Source: a virus (lineage: Duplodnaviria > Caudoviricetes). From it: a DNA stretch of 29,063 bases. The DNA lies in the IMG/VR virus record IMGVR_UViG_3300016472_000190, positions 1 to 29,063 of that record; one strand, 5' to 3'. Position numbers and translations under genes: made by a program. Each line of letters opens with the position of its first letter. Within the stretch, counting starts at the first letter, position 1. This document shows, piece by piece, positions 17,618-24,556 of this stretch. The notes below the pieces were generated by a model that ran no database searches, was not told where the DNA came from, and saw only the letters and a list, made by a program, of their open reading frames with translations.

Positions 17618-19524
17618 TGGCACTAACTACTGAGGACATTGATAAGATTGTAAATAAGTTCGCAATGCTGCACAAGGGTTGGGAAGCCGCAGCAATGAAG
17701 ACACCTATCAATCCAATCACTAAGCAGCGCACAGGCGTGAGTCAATATCCTGAGTATTGGTCGGGGTATAACTATGCCGCTAAGATGTATGACAGCATCT
17801 TGCCGCACACTCGGCCTGACATTTACCCGGCGCACTTGTTAAGCGTTCGAGCTCCCAACCAAACCGATGCGCAGGCCGAATACATCAAAGCAAATTACAA
17901 GCCCACAACGCTGTCAGTGTTTGAGGACTTCAAAGCTACGATAAGCCGTGCGTTCGCGGACCAGAACTGGAGCATCAAATACAATCCTGAACTTGAGCCA
18001 ATCTTTGGCGAAGACACCTTCCAGCGATACGTGAACCAAGAGATTGAGCGGTTCGGCTCGCTCGAGGCATTCGTTAAGACGATGCTCCCAACGCTGAAGC
18101 TAATCGACCCGAATGGCATCATTGCAATCGAGCCCGAGTATATCGACACCTATGAGAACGAGCAAGGCGAAGAGGTTGTAAGTAACGAGCTTATTAAGCC
18201 GATGCCGGAATATTATTCATGCAAGAGCATTGTCGGGCAAGATTATGGCGAATACTACATGGTTATTTGCGATGAACGCTCGGAAGTAAAGGCTGGCAGC
18301 AAGGTTGAGAAGAGCGGCATCGTGCTCGAGATTTATGATACGATGAACATCTGGAAGGTGTACCAGGTCGGTAAAAAATCGGACTACACATTCAGCGAGC
18401 CTGTGCTTTACTATTCGCATAATCTCGGATATGTGCCAGCGCAAAAGTTACAAGGGATGCCGCAGCTTATCGGTGGGGAGATAAACTTCCAGTCACCGTT
18501 CATCACAGCTGTGCCATTGCTCGATCAGGTTATTCTCGATGAAAGCTACTTGCAAATCAGCAAAGCCACAAGTGCATTCCCGTTCATGGTTGCGCTCGGT
18601 GAGATATGCGAGTTCACAGACCGCGAGGGCAACAAGTGTCAGGATGGTCAAATCTTCGACCCGATTAACGGCGGCTATCGTACTTGCTCGAGCTGTAATG
18701 GCTCGGGCGTGAAGAGCCGATTCAGCCCGACAGGGATGCTACTGATTAAACCAAAGACCGCATTGAGCGAAGGGGACAGCGCACTATCGGGCGAATACCT
18801 CAAGTTCGTTAGCCCACCGATGGACACGCTGAACTTTCTGCGCACAGAGATTGAGCAGCAAATGAGCAAGGCGCGCAGGATATTGCATTTGCCTTCATCA
18901 GATGAATCGGGAACTATCGGCGAGGCATCGACAGCAACAGGCTCATTGAATAAGCTACGTGCGCTCTATGCATTTATTAAGCCTATCTCTGACCAGCTCT
19001 TCAACCTTTACGAGTTCTGCTTGGTGACGATGGGGCGCATGCGTTACGGTGAGAACTTTGGCGGTGTTAATCTTGTGTACCCGACCAGCTTCGACATTAG
19101 CACCCCGAGCGATTACTTGGCTGTGATCAGCGAAGGTGTGAAGGCTGGTGTACCTCCATCGATTACCTTCAGCAATGTGTACAATTACATCAAAGCAATT
19201 CACTACACCGACGAAGAGACAAGTGCTGTTTATGACCTAATTCTCAACGCCGATGAATTGCTACTGATGAACAGCGCAGACATCGCATTGCGCGTTGCCA
19301 ATGGCACGATTGAGAAGTATCAGGATGTAATTCACCACAGCGCACCACAGCTTATCATGGAGCTCATTCGCAATCACATTCCGACCGAGGATGCACAGCG
19401 ATTCATCGACCTACCAATGGCCGAGCAGATTGCAGCACTTAACCGATTGGCATCCGATAAGATTGCCGTGCAGCTCGACCCGATTCAACAGGCGCAACAG
19501 GAACTATTGAATGGCCTCGTTTGA
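17617..19524 (+). CDS. Portal protein
   Basis: 635 aa, precedes minor head and scaffold genes; contains a CxxCxGxG Cys insert. Confidence 0.75.
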   Translation: MALTTEDIDKIVNKFAMLHKGWEAAAMKTPINPITKQRTGVSQYPEYWSGYNYAAKMYDSILPHTRPDIYPAHLLSVRAPNQTDAQAEYIKANYKPTTLSVFEDFKATISRAFADQNWSIKYNPELEPIFGEDTFQRYVNQEIERFGSLEAFVKTMLPTLKLIDPNGIIAIEPEYIDTYENEQGEEVVSNELIKPMPEYYSCKSIVGQDYGEYYMVICDERSEVKAGSKVEKSGIVLEIYDTMNIWKVYQVGKKSDYTFSEPVLYYSHNLGYVPAQKLQGMPQLIGGEINFQSPFITAVPLLDQVILDESYLQISKATSAFPFMVALGEICEFTDREGNKCQDGQIFDPINGGYRTCSSCNGSGVKSRFSPTGMLLIKPKTALSEGDSALSGEYLKFVSPPMDTLNFLRTEIEQQMSKARRILHLPSSDESGTIGEASTATGSLNKLRALYAFIKPISDQLFNLYEFCLVTMGRMRYGENFGGVNLVYPTSFDISTPSDYLAVISEGVKAGVPPSITFSNVYNYIKAIHYTDEETSAVYDLILNADELLLMNSADIALRVANGTIEKYQDVIHHSAPQLIMELIRNHIPTEDAQRFIDLPMAEQIAALNRLASDKIAVQLDPIQQAQQELLNGLV

Positions 19525-20422
19525 TTCGTTAGTTAACCAAAAGATTAAGCTATTCGAGTCAGTACCGGATAAGCTGGCAACGGCAGCGGTAAAGACTCAA
19601 GCCGAGATATGGCGCAAGATTCGCCCAATACTCGATGATATGGATGTCAGCGCAGCGGGTAACATCGAACAGACTGAAGGAAACATCAGGCGCATCAGCC
19701 TCATTGCCGATGAACTCAAGAAGGTCTTGGCTGGTAGTGAATACAAGGAGGCGGTTCGCTCGTTCCTTGGTTCAATCGATGAAGGGGTGCAGCTAACCAA
19801 CGAGATTGCACGGACATTCGAAAGCGCATTCGAGCCGACAGAAGTGCAGAAGCAATTGCTTCAAATCTCAAAGCAGAATGCAATCAATACCTTCTACGGC
19901 AGCGGCTTGGATGCTCGATTCACTCAACCATTCCTTGAGCAGTTAACCACTAACATCGCAGCGCGAGCACCGCTGCGCGAAGCGGTTAAAGCTCTCGAGG
20001 CAACCGTTACCGGAACTGATACCAGCGATGGGCGATTGCTGGCTAACATTAAGACCACAGCCACCACAGCGCAAGCCGTTGCAGACCGCAGCTATTCAGC
20101 CGCTGTCAATGACGAACTCGGCATTGAATGGTATGAATATCTTGGTGGTGAAATATCCACAACCCGCCCATTCTGCGAGCATCGTGAAGGCAAGATATTC
20201 CACAAGAAAGAGATTGAAGCGTGGGGCGATGGCAAGAATAGCGGAGGCATCAAAGACATTCAAGACGGCACATGGGCTGGGCGCATTGATGGCACAGATA
20301 GCAAGTCAATATTCACTTTAGTGGGTGGGTGGAATTGCCGACACTATCTCGTGCCTGTGCCTGATCGTAAAGTGCCCGACACCGTTAAGGCTCGAGCAAG
20401 GGCTGAGGGGTATATTGATTAA
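19511..20422 (+). CDS. Minor head morphogenesis protein (SPP1 gp7 / Mu gpF-like)
   Basis: TRPFC...GKIF and GGWNCRH motifs; follows portal. Confidence 0.8.
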   Translation: MASFDSLVNQKIKLFESVPDKLATAAVKTQAEIWRKIRPILDDMDVSAAGNIEQTEGNIRRISLIADELKKVLAGSEYKEAVRSFLGSIDEGVQLTNEIARTFESAFEPTEVQKQLLQISKQNAINTFYGSGLDARFTQPFLEQLTTNIAARAPLREAVKALEATVTGTDTSDGRLLANIKTTATTAQAVADRSYSAAVNDELGIEWYEYLGGEISTTRPFCEHREGKIFHKKEIEAWGDGKNSGGIKDIQDGTWAGRIDGTDSKSIFTLVGGWNCRHYLVPVPDRKVPDTVKARARAEGYID

Positions 20423-20435
20423 TTCAAAATTTATT

Positions 20436-20443
20436 TATCTTTG
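20436..20443 (+). promoter_or_regulatory. -7 promoter element
   Basis: TATCTTTG, 4 nt before ATG 20448. Confidence 0.65.
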
Positions 20444-20447
20444 ACAC

Positions 20448-20714
20448 ATGAGACACCTAATACTTGCCGATGGCCGAATAATCAAAGCCTCCGATTTGGT
20501 GGCCGATTACCTTCTCACAAAGAAGGGCGCAAAGGAATTGACATTGCAACCAATTAACACCCCTATACTATATGCCGATCAAACCGGAGGAAGCACTGGA
20601 GATAGTGAACTTCCTAAACCTAAACGAAGCAGAAAGCCTCGAGGAAGCAAAGGAGAAATTTCAGGAGAACTGGGTAAACAGCAAAGAGCTAAACGAAAAA
20701 CTCGGAAAGATTAA
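20448..20714 (+). CDS. Small protein with basic C-terminal tail, overlapping the scaffold gene
   Basis: 88 aa; fills the gap after a promoter; 143-nt overlap with the next gene. Confidence 0.55.
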   Translation: MRHLILADGRIIKASDLVADYLLTKKGAKELTLQPINTPILYADQTGGSTGDSELPKPKRSRKPRGSKGEISGELGKQQRAKRKTRKD

Positions 20715-21396
20715 TGGCACAATTGCGCACGTTGCTCGCCGAGCTTTTGAGCCCTTCGGAGTTACGCTCACTGAAGAAGATTTCAAAGACAAGAAGGCGC
20801 AAGATGTATTGCGAATGGCATCCGAACGTGCTCGAGAGGCTTATGAGAAACAGCAAGAAGAGTGGCAGCAACGAGCCGATAAGTCGGGAAGCGAAGAGCT
20901 TGTAAAGGAATGGGAGAAAAAGCACAAATCCCTTGAGCGCAAACTGACCGAGATTGACACGGCACGCCAAGAAGCAATCAATCAGTTCGAGCAGTTCAAG
21001 CAGAAGATGGCCGAAGAGCAGAAGCTCACAAAGATTAACCATACCTTCGAGAAGGAGCTATCAGCAATCAAGCTCGACCCATCTGTGAATGAGTTCACCA
21101 TCAAAGGCTTTAAGGCTACCATCGGCGAGAAGTACGCAATCGACCTGGAAGACGATGGTAATATCTTCGTTAAGGACAAAAAGAGCGGCGAGCGGCTCAA
21201 ATCAAAAGAAAAGGCAGGCTCATTCCTCAACCTATCCGATGTGCTGCTTGCCGAAGCAACCGCAGCGGGTATCATTCAGAAGAACCCATCGGCTGGGCAG
21301 CGTGTACCAAGACCGGGGCAGGCTATCATTCCACCGCTCGAGATTCAAGCAGATAAGCGCATCAAAGGTGTTAACCCTCGATTCTTTACCAAATGA
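20572..21396 (+). CDS. Capsid scaffolding protein
   Basis: 274 aa, Glu/Lys-rich coiled coil with Pro/Gly-rich C-terminal tail; between minor head and capsid genes. Confidence 0.7.
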   Translation: MPIKPEEALEIVNFLNLNEAESLEEAKEKFQENWVNSKELNEKLGKINGTIAHVARRAFEPFGVTLTEEDFKDKKAQDVLRMASERAREAYEKQQEEWQQRADKSGSEELVKEWEKKHKSLERKLTEIDTARQEAINQFEQFKQKMAEEQKLTKINHTFEKELSAIKLDPSVNEFTIKGFKATIGEKYAIDLEDDGNIFVKDKKSGERLKSKEKAGSFLNLSDVLLAEATAAGIIQKNPSAGQRVPRPGQAIIPPLEIQADKRIKGVNPRFFTK

Positions 21397-21554
21397 CAGT
21401 TAAGCAAGCCTATAAGATATTGAAGCATCATGCCGAATGGCGGCAGGGCAATACTTCAGAAATGGTCACGCCAACAGACCTGACAAAAGCACTTGAGATA
21501 GTGCTTACGTATCTTGAGAACAAACTAATGAGGGAATACAATGCCGCAATATGA
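21393..21554 (+). CDS. Hypothetical protein, 53 aa (absent from ORF track)
   Basis: MTVKQAYKILKHHAEWRQGNTSEMVTPTDLTKALEIVLTYLENKLMREYNAAI; ATGA overlap with the scaffold stop. Confidence 0.7.
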   Translation: MTVKQAYKILKHHAEWRQGNTSEMVTPTDLTKALEIVLTYLENKLMREYNAAI

Positions 21555-21813
21555 AGGCTACAATGTCACGGCATCCGAACGCGCTGGTAAGAAATACAAG
21601 GCGATAGACGATGAGGGCAATGAGATTCACTTTGGTGCTGAAGGCTATCGGATTAAGCCCGGCACGGATGCAGGCAATTCTTACTGCGCTCGTAGTGCTG
21701 GCATCCCTTCACCGAAAGGCTCGGCGAATTGGTGGGCTCGGCAGCTTTGGAGCTGCGAGGGGCGAAGGTCGGTAAGTGATAAACCTTTTTTTGGCAGAAT
21801 CGATTTGCCGTAG
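21541..21813 (+). CDS. Small viral protein (DUF5754-like)
   Basis: KKY...IHFGAEGY...SYCAR...SANWWARQLW pattern. Confidence 0.65.
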   Translation: MPQYEGYNVTASERAGKKYKAIDDEGNEIHFGAEGYRIKPGTDAGNSYCARSAGIPSPKGSANWWARQLWSCEGRRSVSDKPFFGRIDLP

Positions 21814-21870
21814 TATATTGCGGCTCGTTCTTTATTCAGTCATACCAATAGTTTAGGCAAAAAATGAAAG

Positions 21871-21896
21871 AGCTTGCAGCAATGCAGGCTTTTTTT
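21871..21896 (+). terminator. Intrinsic terminator
   Basis: AGCTTGCA-GCAA-TGCAGGCT stem-loop followed by a T tract. Confidence 0.75.
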
Positions 21897-21924
21897 GTGC
21901 CACATAAAAATATTTTTGAAAAAG

Positions 21925-21955
21925 TTTGCAGTTTCAAAATAAGGATGTATATTTG
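21925..21955 (+). promoter_or_regulatory. Full Bacteroidetes promoter (-33/-7)
   Basis: TTTG (21925-21928), 19-nt spacer, TATATTTG (21948-21955). Confidence 0.8.
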
Positions 21956-21978
21956 TGTCAGATTTAAAAACAAACACA

Positions 21979-22224
21979 ATGGCACATAGAATTAACGAAA
22001 GAAATATTGGCAATAGCACATTGGAAGCTACACCAAAAAAACGCAGTCAAAAACTAACTGCTGATGAATTAGAAACTATTGCAATGATAGTTTCTAAGGT
22101 TTATGATGCAATGGAAGAAGATGAAATCACAGGCACACATACAGATGGTGGTAGAATTACATTATCACTAACTGGTGAACAAATGTTTGATTTATTTGAA
22201 GCAAAAAGAAAATTAAATGGATAA
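21979..22224 (+). CDS. Hypothetical accessory (moron-like) protein; start moved to ATG 21979
   Basis: AT-rich, own promoter, A-rich initiation region. Confidence 0.7.
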   Translation: MAHRINERNIGNSTLEATPKKRSQKLTADELETIAMIVSKVYDAMEEDEITGTHTDGGRITLSLTGEQMFDLFEAKRKLNG

Positions 22225-22258
22225 ACTAATCAAAACTTTCGGAGTGGTCGGTAAAATA

Positions 22259-22401
22259 GCAGCTAACGTTAAGGTGCTTTGTGCTGTGTGGGATTTAATG
22301 CACTACACTTTCAACCTTGCACTAAAGCTGATAAAAGGCAAAAACGCTGAATTTACCACGTCCGCCCACATAGCACAAAACACGTGTTATAGGCAGTAGG
22401 G
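22259..22401. repeat. attC-like imperfect palindrome
   Basis: GCAGCTAAC (22259-22267) ... 19-bp arms 22274-22292/22365-22383 (17/19 complementary) ... GTTATAGGC (22386-22394). Confidence 0.65.
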
Positions 22402-23234
22402 ATTTTTAGCACAAATGTTTAATCGAAGCACTAAATAAAAAAAAGAAAAAATGCGAAGCGAGGGAATAAAAAATATTGATTGTTTGGAACTACTTAAACA
22501 AGTAACAGACGAAACTATTGACTTAACGATTACATCACCACCTTATAATTTAGGGGTGAAGCACCATACAGGTAATAACGTATTTGAAGCGTATGACGAA
22601 TACATTGACGATATGCCCGAAGATGAATACCAACAGCAACAAATAAAGGTGCTGAATGAGATTTATAGGGCAACAAAACAAGGCGGAAGCATAATGTATA
22701 ACCACAAAAACCGAATTAAGAACGGAAAGCAAATAACGCCATATGAGTGGCTTTTAAAAACTGAATGGACTTTAAAGCAGGAGGTAGTTTGGTTTAATGG
22801 CTCACAAAACTTTGATAAGTGCAGATTTTATCCAATGACTGAAAGGATTTACTGGCTATCAAAAGGCACGAATACTAATTTTACAAATGCTATTAACCAA
22901 CACGATTTGATAAAAGACACAGCCGAAGGAACAGACAAAGAACATAAAAGGGCTTTCCCTGTAAAATTGGCTCAAAGATTTATTATTTGTTTTCCTGATG
23001 CCGAATTGATATTTGACCCTTATATTGGAAGCGGAACAACTGCAATAGCGGCTATAAGGGAAAACAGAAAGTATTTAGGTGCTGAACTATCAAAGAAGTA
23101 TTTTGAATTAGCAAACAAACGAATAGAATATGAAACAGCACAAACCAAATTGTTTTAAAAGTGCGGTGGGGCATTTTTTATTTTTTTCTTCCACAAATGT
23201 TGAAACGAAGAACGTCTGCCCTATTGCCTATAAC
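22268..23234. mobile_element. Integron-cassette-like module carrying a DNA methyltransferase
   Basis: Hairpin followed by 16-bp IRs GTTATAGGCAGTAGGG (22386-22401) / CCCTATTGCCTATAAC (23219-23234) enclosing one AT-rich gene; TAAC at both junctions. Confidence 0.65.
22451..23158 (+). CDS. Beta-class N4C/N6A DNA methyltransferase (orphan)
   Basis: DCLELL, ITSPPYN catalytic motif, HKRAFP, DPYIGSGTT SAM motif. Confidence 0.9.
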   Translation: MRSEGIKNIDCLELLKQVTDETIDLTITSPPYNLGVKHHTGNNVFEAYDEYIDDMPEDEYQQQQIKVLNEIYRATKQGGSIMYNHKNRIKNGKQITPYEWLLKTEWTLKQEVVWFNGSQNFDKCRFYPMTERIYWLSKGTNTNFTNAINQHDLIKDTAEGTDKEHKRAFPVKLAQRFIICFPDAELIFDPYIGSGTTAIAAIRENRKYLGAELSKKYFELANKRIEYETAQTKLF

Positions 23235-23251
23235 TTTCTTATACCCGCTAA

Positions 23252-23281
23252 TTTGTAGCATATTATTTTTTATTATCTTTG
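23252..23281 (+). promoter_or_regulatory. Promoter for the major capsid gene
   Basis: TTTG (23252-23255), 18-nt spacer, TATCTTTG (23274-23281). Confidence 0.75.
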
Positions 23282-23290
23282 CAGCACCTA

Positions 23291-23375
23291 TGATGTAGTG
23301 CGCCGCAACTTATCGCGGCAAAGTAGGCGCAACTTCCAGCCTTTTTAATTGGAAGGTCTTACAAAAACTACATCA
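23291..23375 (+). promoter_or_regulatory. Structured 5' leader of the capsid mRNA
   Basis: TGATGTAGT (23291-23299) pairs with ACTACATCA (23367-23375); inner stems GCGCC/GGCGC and CTTCCA/TGGAAG. Confidence 0.55.
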
Positions 23376-23378
23376 ATC

Positions 23379-24428
23379 ATGTCTATATCTCGTATTCTTT
23401 CAGAATGCCCGAATGTGCAGATGAGCCTTTCGGAGTTATTCATCGAAGTAGGGCAACGCGAGCAGCTTCCATTTTTGGAGTTTCTCTTATCGCCTGAAAA
23501 CACTAAACTAATCCGCACCGAGGTTGCACCCGGTGGTGGTAAATTAAAAACCGTTCAAGCTCGTTGGATTCAGCGTTTGCCTGAGACCGAAGTTGAAACT
23601 GAAGGTGACATCCTTACTTGTACTTCAGAGAACACTTACGGCGATTCAACAACCACGTACACGGTTGACACAACAGATACGTACATCGCATCTCAATTAA
23701 TTAACGCTGCTGACATTGCTCGCCATTGTCAAGAGAACAGCCGTTACGTGCTTGAGTCGGTAATGCGTTTGATGGATGTGCTCGACCGTAAGGTTGCTTC
23801 TGCTGCCGCTGTTCAGGCTGTTGCTGACATCGGCAAGTGGGGCACTGATGTTGAAGGCTTCTACACCGTAACTGGTGACTGCTTGGAGATTGCAACAATG
23901 AACGGCGCAACCGAGCCTAATCCATTCGCAATCGCTGACATCCAGCAAGCAACTCGCATGGCTAACTATCCTGGCGCACCTGTTGCGTTTGGCGGTGCTG
24001 CAATGCAGCGTTATGCTAACGCGATGGCTGCTGGCTGTTGCTCGCAGTATGGCTTGGACTTGTTGGCAATCACACAGCAGAACGGCTTCGGCTTCGCTTA
24101 CGATGCTCGTTTAGCCGCTGCGCAAGGAGACCAGACCTCAGCGTTGGTAACAACTGCCGGAGCAATCCAGTGGTTATCATTCAATTTGGCTGATTGGAAT
24201 CAGGGCATCACGCCTGTTGCTGGTAGCAATTACTCAAAGACCTTGGTGTTCACACCGGCTGGAGTACCTTGCGACCTTACAATGAAGGATGACTGCGGTA
24301 ACTTGTCAATCGTGTTAACCACAACTGGTAAGATTGTTACTCTTCCAACTGACATTTACGAGGCTGGCGATAAGTATGCTGGCGTTAACTACGTTAACTG
24401 CGTGAGCATCGTAAACCCGGCCCCGTAA
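23379..24428 (+). CDS. Major capsid protein (start moved to ATG 23379)
   Basis: About 350 aa, own promoter and terminator, after scaffold and before neck genes. Confidence 0.75.
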   Translation: MSISRILSECPNVQMSLSELFIEVGQREQLPFLEFLLSPENTKLIRTEVAPGGGKLKTVQARWIQRLPETEVETEGDILTCTSENTYGDSTTTYTVDTTDTYIASQLINAADIARHCQENSRYVLESVMRLMDVLDRKVASAAAVQAVADIGKWGTDVEGFYTVTGDCLEIATMNGATEPNPFAIADIQQATRMANYPGAPVAFGGAAMQRYANAMAAGCCSQYGLDLLAITQQNGFGFAYDARLAAAQGDQTSALVTTAGAIQWLSFNLADWNQGITPVAGSNYSKTLVFTPAGVPCDLTMKDDCGNLSIVLTTTGKIVTLPTDIYEAGDKYAGVNYVNCVSIVNPAP

Positions 24429-24508
24429 TTGGGTCAATGGGTTTACTCTCGCAAGATGATGAGGACTTATTGACCCAAAGCGGATTGGATAATCTAATGA
24501 CTGAATGA
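24413..24508 (+). CDS. Putative -1 frameshift extension of the major capsid protein
   Basis: A AAC CCG heptamer (24413-24419) and C CCG TAA; stem-loop 24429-24478; -1 frame VIGSMGLLSQDDEDLLTQSGLDNLMTE ends at the terminator. Confidence 0.65.
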   Translation, partial: KPGPVIGSMGLLSQDDEDLLTQSGLDNLMTE

Positions 24509-24534
24509 GGGGTGTAACAACCCCTCTTTTTTTT
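24507..24534 (+). terminator. Intrinsic terminator after the capsid gene
   Basis: GAGGGGT...ACCCCTC stem followed by T8. Confidence 0.85.
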
Positions 24535-24541
24535 ATCTTTG
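24534..24541 (+). promoter_or_regulatory. -7 promoter element
   Basis: TATCTTTG overlapping the end of the terminator T tract. Confidence 0.6.
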
Positions 24542-24556
24542 TAAAAAATAAAAGCG

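Noticed and set aside
21487-21506. AAGCACT-N6-AGTGCTT dyad as a third operator copy
   Set aside because: Spacing differs from GCAC-N3-GTGC and it lies mid-gene, away from a promoter
22451-23158. Complete restriction-modification system
   Set aside because: No endonuclease gene is adjacent to either methylase; both look like orphan enzymes
22386-23234. IR-flanked methylase as an IS or MITE
   Set aside because: No transposase and no target-site duplication flanking the IRs; the adjoining hairpin and AAC/GTT cores fit a cassette better
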